Assembly (NCBI GenBank): GCA_030700195.1
Contig: JAUYKD010000038.1
Coordinates: 1-32,835 of the forward strand
Direction of reading: 5' to 3'
DNA length: 32,835 bases
Source of the DNA: Candidatus Nealsonbacteria bacterium
Lineage (GTDB): Bacteria; Patescibacteriota; Minisyncoccia; Minisyncoccales; MHMH01
Numbering within the stretch: the stretch's first letter is position 1; every line of letters starts with the position of its first letter. Of this stretch, positions 24,176 through 32,342 are shown in pieces. Made by a program: the position numbers and the translations under genes. The notes beneath the pieces were generated by a model. The model was given only the letters and a program-made list of their open reading frames with translations, was not told where the DNA came from and did no database searches.

Positions 24176-25456
24176 ATGCAGTGGTTAAATAAAGTTATTC
24201 AAGTTTTTAAGATTCGCGATCTCCGAAATAAAATTCTATTTGTTTTGGCGATTTTTGTTGTTTTTCGGCTGATGGCCAGCATTCCTATGCCTGGTATTTC
24301 TATTGAAAATATCAAGCAGTTTTTTGATCAATTCCAGGTTTTCGGACTTTTAAATCTGTTTACCGGAGGTACGCTTTCTAATCTTTCAATAGTTATGCTG
24401 GGGCTTGGCCCTTATATCACCGCCACTATTATTATGCAGCTTTTAACCATGATTTTTCCGGCCATGGAAAGAATGTATAAAGAAGAAGGAGAAGCGGGTA
24501 AAAGAAAGTTTTCTCAATATAGTAGGCTTTTGACTGTTCCTTTGGCCATGCTTCAGGGATACGCCATGTTGAGCTTGTTCCAAAGGCAAGGAGCCATTGG
24601 AGAACTGACCCCGATCATTATTTTATCTTCAATCGTTACTGTGGCGGCCGGTGCTTTATTTTTAATGTGGCTGGGCGAGCTTATTACGGAAAAAGGCATT
24701 GGCAATGGAGTCAGTCTTTTGATTTTTGCGGGAATTATCGCTAGCGTGCCAGCCAATATCGGAGAATTGATCGCTAAATGGGATTCTTCCCAAGCTCCTG
24801 CTTTTTTGCTCTTTTTCGGCATGTCTTTATTGATTATTGCCGGAGTTGTCATGGTCAATGAGGGCAGGCGCAATATCCCGGTGTCTTACGCTAAAAGAGT
24901 CAGGGGCATGAAAATGTACGGGGGAGTTTCAACTTATCTTCCTTTGAACGTTAATCCGGCCGGCGTTATCCCGATTATTTTCGCTCTGTCAATTATGCTT
25001 TTCCCGGGGATGATAGCGAACTTTTTATCAGGCGCGGGAGGATTTGTCGGCAGTGCCGCCCAGACAGTTGGCAATCTTTTTGAAAATCCCTGGGTATACG
25101 GCACTTTGTACTTTCTTTTGGTTTGTTTGTTTACTTACTTTTACACGGCCGTAACCTTTGATCCCAAGTCCGTAGCCTCAAACCTTCAGAAAATGGGCGG
25201 TTTTATTCCGGGCATCAGACCCGGAGAGTCAACTGCCAACTTTCTTTACTATATCTTAAACAGGGTTTTGCTTATTGGCGCTTTGTTTTTGGGCACCATT
25301 GCTGTTTTGCCTTCGATTATAGGCGGAATTACGGGCATCACCGCTTTTTCTTTCTTGATCGGCGGTACGGCCCTGTTAATCGTTGTTTCAGTTGTTTTAG
25401 AAACAATGCGTCAGGTTAATTCTCAATTGCAAATGAGAGAGTATGAAACTTTCTAA
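24176..25456 (+). CDS. secY: Preprotein translocase subunit SecY
   Basis: 426 aa, 10-TM pattern, ...GLGPYITATIIMQLL..., canonical position. Confidence 0.96.
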   Translation: MQWLNKVIQVFKIRDLRNKILFVLAIFVVFRLMASIPMPGISIENIKQFFDQFQVFGLLNLFTGGTLSNLSIVMLGLGPYITATIIMQLLTMIFPAMERMYKEEGEAGKRKFSQYSRLLTVPLAMLQGYAMLSLFQRQGAIGELTPIIILSSIVTVAAGALFLMWLGELITEKGIGNGVSLLIFAGIIASVPANIGELIAKWDSSQAPAFLLFFGMSLLIIAGVVMVNEGRRNIPVSYAKRVRGMKMYGGVSTYLPLNVNPAGVIPIIFALSIMLFPGMIANFLSGAGGFVGSAAQTVGNLFENPWVYGTLYFLLVCLFTYFYTAVTFDPKSVASNLQKMGGFIPGIRPGESTANFLYYILNRVLLIGALFLGTIAVLPSIIGGITGITAFSFLIGGTALLIVVSVVLETMRQVNSQLQMREYETF

Positions 25457-25468
25457 ATATTAAAACTT

Positions 25469-26161
25469 ATGAAAAAACCGCAAATCGTTATCTTATTAGG
25501 TTCTCCGGGCGCCGGTAAAGGCACTCAAGCAGAGCTTTTATCAGATAAGCTTAATTTATATTATTTAGAGACAAGCAAGCTTATTGAAGCAACCGTTATG
25601 AAGGCTAAAGAAGGAGAATCCATAGAAGTAGAAGGAAAGGAGTATTCTTTAACAGAAGAAAAGAAACTGTGGCTGGCCGGAGTTTTATGCAGCCCTCCTT
25701 TTGTTAGTTTTCTTGTTAAGCAAAAACTTAATCAATTAGCTGAAGAAGGCAAGGGTATAGTTATGGCAGGTTCTCCTAGAACATTGCCAGAAGGTAAAGA
25801 CCAAGTTCCTTTGCTCAAGAAACTTTACGGCGCAGAAAATATTAAAGTTGTTTTGATTGAATTGACTCCCGAGCAGACAATCTGGAGAAATTCCCACAGA
25901 AGAATTTGCGATTTAATGCGTCATCCGATTTTATATGCGGAAGAAACAGAAAAACTTACTCATTGTCCGCTTGATGGATCAAAATTGATTAAAAGAGAAG
26001 GGTTAGATGAGCCGGAAACTATTAAAGTAAGATTAAAAGAATATAAAGAAAGAACTCTTCCTTTGGTTGGATATTTTACAGAAGAAGGATTGAAAGTGGA
26101 AAAAGTTAACGGTGAACAGTCAGTTGAGGCTGTGCATCAAGATATTTTAAAATCTCTGTAG
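25469..26161 (+). CDS. adk: Adenylate kinase
   Basis: GSPGAGKGTQAELLS P-loop. Canonical position after secY. Confidence 0.9.
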   Translation: MKKPQIVILLGSPGAGKGTQAELLSDKLNLYYLETSKLIEATVMKAKEGESIEVEGKEYSLTEEKKLWLAGVLCSPPFVSFLVKQKLNQLAEEGKGIVMAGSPRTLPEGKDQVPLLKKLYGAENIKVVLIELTPEQTIWRNSHRRICDLMRHPILYAEETEKLTHCPLDGSKLIKREGLDEPETIKVRLKEYKERTLPLVGYFTEEGLKVEKVNGEQSVEAVHQDILKSL

Positions 26162-26164
26162 TCG

Positions 26165-26911
26165 ATGATTACCATAAAAACAAAAGAAGAAATCAATATA
26201 ATGTCAGAAGGCGGTAAAATCCTGGCAGGAATCATGAAGGAATTGGAAAAAATGGTTAAGCCGGGGATTACTACTCAAACATTGGACAGGGCTGCTGAAG
26301 CCCTGGTTTTAAAATCAGGCGGCAAGTGCTCGTTTAAAGAGTATGAAGGCTATCCTAGCTGTTTATGCGCTTCTATTAACAACGAACTCGTACATTCGCA
26401 GCCATCAGAAAGAGTTTTAAAAACTGGTGATATTATTTCGCTTGATTTGGGTATTTTATATAAGGATTATCATTCTGATATGGCTCTGACCGTGGCTGTC
26501 GGCAAAATTTCTCCTGAAGCCCAGCGGCTCATCAGAATTACTAAAAAATCGCTTAAAAGAGGAATTAAAAAAGTAAGGCCGGGCAATACTTTTGGAGACA
26601 TAGGCAATACAATCCAAAGATATATTGAAGATCAGGGATTTGGCGTTGTTAGAGATCTTTGCGGACATGGTATAGGTAAGATACTTCACGAAGATCCCCG
26701 TATTTTAAATTACGGCAAGCGGGGATCAGGAGAAGAAATCAAACCGGGCATGGTTTTTTGTTTGGAGCCCATGGTAACAGCCGGGGATTATAATATTAAA
26801 AAAAGCAGTGATGGATATGGGTTTGAGACAAAAGACGGCTCTTTATCCTGCCATTTCGAGCATACAATAGTTGTCACAAAAAATGGTTGTCGTATCTTGA
26901 CAGGATTGTAA
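26165..26911 (+). CDS. map: Type I methionine aminopeptidase
   Basis: ...HGIGKILHEDP...CLEPMV...HFEHTIVVTKNG.... Confidence 0.95.
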   Translation: MITIKTKEEINIMSEGGKILAGIMKELEKMVKPGITTQTLDRAAEALVLKSGGKCSFKEYEGYPSCLCASINNELVHSQPSERVLKTGDIISLDLGILYKDYHSDMALTVAVGKISPEAQRLIRITKKSLKRGIKKVRPGNTFGDIGNTIQRYIEDQGFGVVRDLCGHGIGKILHEDPRILNYGKRGSGEEIKPGMVFCLEPMVTAGDYNIKKSSDGYGFETKDGSLSCHFEHTIVVTKNGCRILTGL

Positions 26912-26973
26912 TAATATGTTAAGAAAAATTAGTAAAAGTTATAACTATTTTAGCATATTAAAAGGAGGTAAAA

Positions 26974-27279
26974 GTGGACTACCGACTTATTATTAAGGGC
27001 GTAAATATAGCACATCAGCAGGCGGCCGTAGACGATCATCTTTGGCCCGTAGAAGTTATAAAAATTACGCCTTTATTAAATGATTCTCAAATGGCAGCAA
27101 TAAAGCCAATGGAGGGGAGAGGTTGGGATTGTGATGAGCGTGGAGCCGAAGTAAGGAATGTTTCTTCAAAAGCAATTACGATAGCGAGTTGTTGTGATAT
27201 GTGTAGGAAAGGGTTAATTCGACAAATAGTTCAATCATTAGGTAAGAAGACAGAAACGATCATTAAAGCGAGCGCATAA
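26974..27279 (+). CDS. Hypothetical protein (101 aa), orphan
   Basis: GTG start 7 nt after a strong AAAGGAGG SD. Followed by a long hairpin. No family recognised. Confidence 0.45.
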   Translation: MDYRLIIKGVNIAHQQAAVDDHLWPVEVIKITPLLNDSQMAAIKPMEGRGWDCDERGAEVRNVSSKAITIASCCDMCRKGLIRQIVQSLGKKTETIIKASA

Positions 27280-27293
27280 AGATATTCCACAAA

Positions 27294-27343
27294 ATCAAAA
27301 AGAGGCATGATGGTTTTTTGACCTAATGCCTCTTTTTGATTTG
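27294..27343 (+). terminator. Long hairpin (15-bp stem) after orphan ORF
   Basis: ATCAAAAAGAGGCAT - 17 nt loop - ATGCCTCTTTTTGAT, then TT. Confidence 0.5.
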
Positions 27344-27375
27344 CGAATATTTATGGTAATATAATTTAATATTAT

Positions 27376-27409
27376 ATGATAGCCGAACTCAAAGTTTTTT
27401 TAATAGCTA
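27376..27409 (+). pseudogene. Duplicated 5' end of the membrane-protein gene that starts at 28327
   Basis: ATGATAGCCGAACTCAAAGTTTTTTTAATAGC versus 28327 ATGCTGGCTGAACTCAAAGTTTTTTTAATAGC. It reads MIAELKVFLIA, then runs into the transposase-flanking hairpin and stops. Confidence 0.65.
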
Positions 27410-27418
27410 TAGAATCTA

Positions 27419-28243
27419 CACAGACCCGACCTGTGTTAATCGACCTGTGTTAATCTGTATTAATTTATATTAATTTATGCCTTATAGAAAACAACCATTT
27501 GAAACCGGAAAAATTTACCATGTAGTTACAAGAAGTCTTGATAATAATTTGCTTTTTAAAAATACAAACGATTATTATAGAGGGATATTTTCTATTTATG
27601 AGTTTAATACTACAAAAGCAATTAAAATTAGAGAGCGCAGAAAAGCACGTGTAAAAGAAAAACAGATTATAAAAAACACAGACCCGACCTGTGTTACTAT
27701 AGATGCTATAGATAAGAGGGATTTATTAGTTGAAATTATTGCTTTTTGTTTGATGCCGAATCATATTCATTTATTATTGAGGCAAACCAAAAAAGATGGG
27801 ATAGTCAAATTTATGGCTAAGTTCGGATCGGGTTACGCTAGTTATTTTAATAAAAAATATGGACGAAAGGGATATGTTTTTCAAAATAGATTTCGTTCAG
27901 TAGAAATAAAGAATAACGAACAATTAAAAATAGTTTTTGCATATATCCACATTAATCCAACATCTATTATTATCTCAAATTGGAAAGAGGAAGGCATAAA
28001 GGATATAAATAAAGTGCTTGAATTTATAGAAAACTATAAATGGTCAAGCTATAGCGATTATCTCGGGAAAATTAATTTTCCTTCGGTAAGCAACAGAAAG
28101 TTTATTTTAGAATTATTCGGGAACAAAGAAAAATGTAAAAGATTTGTTGATGCTTGGGTACGATATAAGGCTAAAATTAAGATAGAAGAACTTTTTATAG
28201 AATAGAAATAGAAATACATAGAAATACACAGGTCGGGTCTGTG
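27419..28243 (+). mobile_element. IS200/RAYT-like unit: Y1 transposase gene bracketed by inverted 17-nt hairpin sequences
   Basis: Left CACAGACCCGACCTGTG (27419-27435). Right, its reverse complement CACAGGTCGGGTCTGTG (28227-28243). A third copy lies inside the CDS at 27677-27693. Confidence 0.7.
27477..28205 (+). CDS. HUH Y1 tyrosine transposase, IS200-like / REP-associated (RAYT-like)
   Basis: YHVVTRS..., HUH motif in CLMPNHIHLLL, YVFQNRF, catalytic-Tyr region FAYIHINP. Confidence 0.8.
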   Translation: MPYRKQPFETGKIYHVVTRSLDNNLLFKNTNDYYRGIFSIYEFNTTKAIKIRERRKARVKEKQIIKNTDPTCVTIDAIDKRDLLVEIIAFCLMPNHIHLLLRQTKKDGIVKFMAKFGSGYASYFNKKYGRKGYVFQNRFRSVEIKNNEQLKIVFAYIHINPTSIIISNWKEEGIKDINKVLEFIENYKWSSYSDYLGKINFPSVSNRKFILELFGNKEKCKRFVDAWVRYKAKIKIEELFIE

Positions 28244-28271
28244 ATAGCTGCTGAACTGTGATAGCTGCTGA

Positions 28272-28319
28272 ACAATAGTTGTCACGAAAAATGGAGCAAA
28301 AGTGCTCACTGTGATATAA
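28272..28319 (+). pseudogene. Remnant of a methionine aminopeptidase 3' end
   Basis: Translates TIVVTKNGAKVLTVI*. The first 23 nt (ACAATAGTTGTCACGAAAAATGG) nearly match the intact map at 26864-26886, then the two diverge. Confidence 0.6.
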
Positions 28320-28326
28320 TATAAAA

Positions 28327-28785
28327 ATGCTGGCTGAACTCAAAGTTTTTTTAATAGCCATGTCGCCGATTTTTGAATTAAGAGGGTCAATTCCTATTGC
28401 TTTTGGCGTTTATGGCTTGCCTGCTTGGTCGTCTTTTATTATTTCAATCATCGGCAACTTGGTTCCGGTCGTTTTTATTCTTTTATTGCTTGAAATCGTT
28501 TCTGGTTTTTTGAGCCGCCGTATCTATTTCTTTAACCGTTTTTTTGCTTGGCTGTTTGAAAAAACAAGGAAAAAGCACGCTGCTAAATTTGAAAAGTGGA
28601 AGGAATTGGCTTTGGTTATTTTAGTGGCTATTCCTTTGCCTTTTACCGGAGCTTGGACAGGCTCATTGTGCGCATTTGTCTTCGGCATTCCTTTTAAGAA
28701 AGCGTTTCCCTTAATAGCTATTGGAGTTATTATTGCGGGTATAATAGTTACTTTTACCACTTTAGGAATCATTAATTTCATATGA
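28327..28785 (+). CDS. Small polytopic membrane protein (small multidrug-export-like, COG2426-type)
   Basis: 152 aa, 4 TM. The ELRGSIPIA N-terminal motif is recalled from that family. Assignment tentative. Confidence 0.5.
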   Translation: MLAELKVFLIAMSPIFELRGSIPIAFGVYGLPAWSSFIISIIGNLVPVVFILLLLEIVSGFLSRRIYFFNRFFAWLFEKTRKKHAAKFEKWKELALVILVAIPLPFTGAWTGSLCAFVFGIPFKKAFPLIAIGVIIAGIIVTFTTLGIINFI

Positions 28786-29408
28786 AGCCGTTAATTGTTG
28801 CCAATTGGAAATGCAATCCAACAACACTTAAAGAAGCCAAGCTTCTTTTTAGCCGGGTTAAGAAAGCTGGCGGAATAATCTGCCCGCCCTTTGTTTATTT
28901 ATCTGTTTTAAGGGCTAATGGAGCTCAGGATTGTTTCTGGGAAGAAAAAGGAGCTTTTACCGGAGAAATATCTCCCTTAATGCTGAAAAACTTGGGAGTC
29001 AAATACGTTATTATCGGCCATTCAGAGCGCAGAAAATATTTTAAGGAGACGAATGAAATAATTGAGAAAAAACTGAAAGCTGCTTTAAAGGCGGGGCTGA
29101 AGCCGATTTTGTGCATTGATAAGATGTCTCAAATTCCTAAAAACACCAAAGGGCTGATTATTGCTTACGAGCCGCTTTTTGCCATTGGTACGGGCCAGGC
29201 CTGCAGTATTCAAAAAGCCAAGAGGATGAGAACGGCTATTAAGAGAGCGGCGGGCATTACGGTGCCGGTTTTATACGGAGGCAGCGTTAACGCGCAAAAC
29301 GCCGGAGAATACGTTAAATTGGCCGGTTTCCAGGGTTTACTGGTCGGAGGCGCATCTTTAAAACCAAGAGAGTTTATTGACATAATAAAAAATGTTTGTT
29401 ATGGTTAA
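28782..29408 (+). CDS. tpiA: Triosephosphate isomerase (short form)
   Basis: ANWKCN, IIGHSERR, AYEPLFAIGTG, YGGSV. Confidence 0.85.
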   Translation: MKPLIVANWKCNPTTLKEAKLLFSRVKKAGGIICPPFVYLSVLRANGAQDCFWEEKGAFTGEISPLMLKNLGVKYVIIGHSERRKYFKETNEIIEKKLKAALKAGLKPILCIDKMSQIPKNTKGLIIAYEPLFAIGTGQACSIQKAKRMRTAIKRAAGITVPVLYGGSVNAQNAGEYVKLAGFQGLLVGGASLKPREFIDIIKNVCYG

Positions 29409-29418
29409 TGGATAATTT

Positions 29419-29922
29419 ATGGAAGATATTATAAGCGGTCATTTCTACAATCCGACCAAAGGCAACCTTACTTTTGACGAAGTTATTAAAGAAATCTTCG
29501 GTTACATAGCTCAAGATAAGGAGAAGTTCTACGACATTGTCGTTGGGTGCGATTCTTCTTCGGGAGAGGAGCCGACCTTTCCGGTTGTTATAGTCGCCTT
29601 GAGAAAAGGCGGAGGAGGAAGGTTTTTCCTTAAAAGAATAAAATATTCTTCAGACAGGAAGTTTTACAATTGGAAAGAAAGAATTTTGAATGAGGTTTAT
29701 CTTTCCTGCCAGATGGCTCTTATTTTGAAAGAAAAAATAGCCGGCCTTAAAACAAATTTTCTTAACTATGAGTTTCGTTATATTCATGCTGATGTGGGGG
29801 AGAACGGAGCTACCAAAGACATGGTTAAAGAAGTAACCGGCCTTATCCGGGGCAATGGATTTGAGCCAAAGATTAAGCCAGAATCCTATGTTGCTTCGGT
29901 AGTGGCAGACAGATATGCCTAA
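29419..29922 (+). CDS. YkuK/DUF458-like RNase H-fold protein
   Basis: FYNPTKGNLTFDEVIKEI...VVGCDSS...VVIVALRKGGGGRFF pattern recalled from the YkuK family. Tentative. Confidence 0.5.
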   Translation: MEDIISGHFYNPTKGNLTFDEVIKEIFGYIAQDKEKFYDIVVGCDSSSGEEPTFPVVIVALRKGGGGRFFLKRIKYSSDRKFYNWKERILNEVYLSCQMALILKEKIAGLKTNFLNYEFRYIHADVGENGATKDMVKEVTGLIRGNGFEPKIKPESYVASVVADRYA

Positions 29923-31030
29923 AAAGATAATTGTTGCTATGTCGGGAGGGGTTGATTCCTCTGTGGCAGCTGCCCTGCTCAAGAAGCAGGGGTTTGTTGT
30001 TATCGGGGTTTTTATGAAGTTTTGGCTTGCCCGCCGAAGCCCTGGCGAAGGCGGGAAAGCTTTTAACAGGTGCTGCTCTTCTGACGCAGAAAGAAGAGCG
30101 AGAGAAGTTGCTTCAATTCTTGATATTCCTTTTTATGTTTTTAATTTTGAAAAAGAGTTTAAAAAGAGAGTGGTTGATTATTTTTTGAAAGAGTATGCTG
30201 CGGGCCGCACTCCCAATCCTTGCGTTGTTTGCAATAAAGACATTAAATTCGGTCTTTTGCTGGAACGAACTTTATCTCTCAAAGCTGATTTCATCGCTAC
30301 GGGCCATTATGTTCGCAAAGCAGGCAATAAATTATTCAAAGGAAAAGATAAAGAAAAAGACCAGAGTTATTTTTTATGGCAGCTTTCTCAAAAACAGCTG
30401 AAACATTCTTTGTTTCCGTTGGGCTCTTATACTAAGAAACAAGTAAAAGAGATGGCCAAGAAGTTTGGCTTGCCGGTTTTATCAATTCCTGAATCCCAGG
30501 AAATTTGTTTTGTTGAAAATACTATTGGCGAGTTTTTAACAAAATACATAAAACAGAAAAAAGGTGAAATAGTTGATGCTCAAGGAAAAGTTTTAGGTGA
30601 GCATCAGGGTTTAAGCTTATATACTATCGGCCAGAGAAGGGGATTAGGTTTTATTGGTGGCCCCGCCTTCGCTAAACCCGCCTGCCGGCGAGGCAGGGCT
30701 TCGGCGGGCAAGCCTTATTGGGTGTTGAGAAAGGATTTGAAAATGAATGTTTTGGTTATAACCAAGGACGAAGAAGATTTATTTGAAAAAGAATTATTTT
30801 TCAAAGAAGCCAATTGGATTTCTGGAAAATCTCCTAAGGTTCCAGCAATTCTTAAAGCGACAATCAGATACCGGCATAAAGTTGTTCAAGGAGTTTTGCA
30901 AAAAGGCAACAGGTTTATTTTTAACAAGCCTCAAAGAGCCATAACTCCGGGCCAATCAATAGTTTTTTACCTGCCTCGCCGGCAGGCAGGTAAAGGCCAG
31001 GAACTTTTAGGCGGAGGCATCATCCGGTAG
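29915..31030 (+). CDS. mnmA: tRNA 2-thiouridine(34) synthase MnmA, with three in-frame GC-rich palindromic inserts
   Basis: PP-loop MSGGVDSSVAA, GRTPNPCVVCNKDIKF, ATGHY, KDQSYFL. Confidence 0.9.
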   Translation: MPKKIIVAMSGGVDSSVAAALLKKQGFVVIGVFMKFWLARRSPGEGGKAFNRCCSSDAERRAREVASILDIPFYVFNFEKEFKKRVVDYFLKEYAAGRTPNPCVVCNKDIKFGLLLERTLSLKADFIATGHYVRKAGNKLFKGKDKEKDQSYFLWQLSQKQLKHSLFPLGSYTKKQVKEMAKKFGLPVLSIPESQEICFVENTIGEFLTKYIKQKKGEIVDAQGKVLGEHQGLSLYTIGQRRGLGFIGGPAFAKPACRRGRASAGKPYWVLRKDLKMNVLVITKDEEDLFEKELFFKEANWISGKSPKVPAILKATIRYRHKVVQGVLQKGNRFIFNKPQRAITPGQSIVFYLPRRQAGKGQELLGGGIIR

Positions 31031-31047
31031 AATGTACCTGAAAACCC

Positions 31048-31076
31048 TTGACAAATCTGACGTGATATGGTATAAT
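31048..31076 (+). promoter_or_regulatory. Consensus sigma70 promoter
   Basis: TTGACA (31048-31053), exactly 17 nt spacer, TATAAT (31071-31076). Confidence 0.6.
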
Positions 31077-31183
31077 GCTGACATAGAAGAGAGATAAAGA
31101 ATATTAGAAAATTACGGGCGGTTCTCTCTTCTTAGAGTAGAACCGCCCTTTACATTAAAAATTTTTTAGAAAGGAGAGCTAAA

Positions 31184-31279
31184 GTGGAGTATAATAGTAC
31201 CGATAAATACGGTTGCACTCATTTCGGGAAAACTCCCGAAGAGGCGGCAGCAAATGCTGCCCTGGCTAATCGCGAATAA
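31184..31279 (+). CDS. Candidate 31-aa micro-ORF
   Basis: GTG 7 nt after AAAGGAG. MEYNSTDKYGCTHFGKTPEEAAANAALANRE. Sits between a structured leader and a 62-nt hairpin. Confidence 0.3.
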   Translation: MEYNSTDKYGCTHFGKTPEEAAANAALANRE

Positions 31280-31424
31280 GCCGGGCAGTCGAAGAGGGAA
31301 TTTAGTGAAAGATGAAGATGTCGTATTAATCTTATTTCATTTTTTCACTAAATTCCCCAATCCCTCAAGTTCAAGATAAATATCGTGAATTTAAGGGATT
31401 AGAAAAAGGAGATAAAAGATAAAA

Positions 31425-31760
31425 TTGAAGACTTTTGAGGAACTGTATAGAGAGATAGAGAAAGGAGGAACTGTTAAAAGTGCTACCAAATTGCAGACTT
31501 GGACTCCCGAAGAACTGGTTGAAATTGTTAAAAATGTACGCAAATCAGTGAAAGAAAATTGCGTACCCGATGTGGTGGCAAAGTTCTTTAGTGTTAAGGA
31601 AAAAGAAAACATTAAAGAGAAAATGGCATTGGCCTGGAAAATACATTTAAATCCGGTTACTCGGGCCAATGACCTAAGGAGGAAGGTCTACGACCTTCTC
31701 GTAAAGGAGGTCGATATTCCAAAAGAGATGATCCCTTCTCCCGAACAATGCGTCGGTTAA
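31425..31760 (+). CDS. Hypothetical protein (111 aa), orphan
   Basis: Track ORF with TTG start. AGGAG lies 13 nt upstream. Charged helical composition. No family recognised. Confidence 0.4.
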   Translation: MKTFEELYREIEKGGTVKSATKLQTWTPEELVEIVKNVRKSVKENCVPDVVAKFFSVKEKENIKEKMALAWKIHLNPVTRANDLRRKVYDLLVKEVDIPKEMIPSPEQCVG

Positions 31761-32048
31761 TCCGGTCGCATTTAAGGGGACCATATCGTTCAAATCGATT
31801 TAGTCCCCGCCAATCATCAGCTTGGAATTATAAATTCTTGGTTGATGAGTGGAATAGTTCTTTGATAAATCTTTCATACCGGCGAAGTGGTTACAATTAG
31901 ACATATATATTATGCAGATTAGACGTTATTCGTGTTAATCAGGTAGATTGTAGCCAGTTCGCCGGTATTGAAATAAAAAAAAGAGAAGGAAAGAAAAATT
32001 CTACTCGTTATGAGTAGACATAGTAAGTAGAAAGAAGGAGGTGCTGTT

Positions 32049-32342
32049 ATGGCACAGAAACTAAGAATTATTGCTGGGCCCGGAATGTACGGATTATTGA
32101 TTAGGGGACTTGGTAGTTTCCTAGAGGTAACTTTTACAGTCCAGGCAGAAGAGCTTGAGGGTTCTATTGAGGGGGAAGAAGTCTTGACGGCGAGAATTAA
32201 TGCCCTCACGGCAAAGGAATCCACGAGGCAAGAATGGTATATTGAAGGCCTTTTAGACGATGGTCGAAAAGGTTGCCGTGAATTTCGGGCTGATTATTCG
32301 CTTTCTAAAAATAAAGGATGGATGGAAATCATCCTTTCTTAA
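32049..32342 (+). CDS. Hypothetical protein (97 aa), orphan
   Basis: ATG 7 nt after GAAGGAGG. No family recognised. Confidence 0.5.
   Translation: MAQKLRIIAGPGMYGLLIRGLGSFLEVTFTVQAEELEGSIEGEEVLTARINALTAKESTRQEWYIEGLLDDGRKGCREFRADYSLSKNKGWMEIILS

Noticed and set aside
606-25000. Numerous antisense or alternate-frame ORFs inside the ATPase, fusA, tuf, rplD, secY, etc. (for example 606-1016, 10763-11071, 11564-11981, 13511-14071, 15748-16257, 24553-24873)
   Set aside because: They are shadow ORFs within strongly supported conserved genes, with low-complexity or Ser/Leu-rich translations typical of antisense frames.
31919-32224. 101-aa minus-strand ORF and 32583-32792 minus-strand ORF
   Set aside because: The first overlaps the long hairpin and is antisense to the SD-preceded 97-aa ORF. 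The second is antisense to the clearly recognisable alaS N-terminus.
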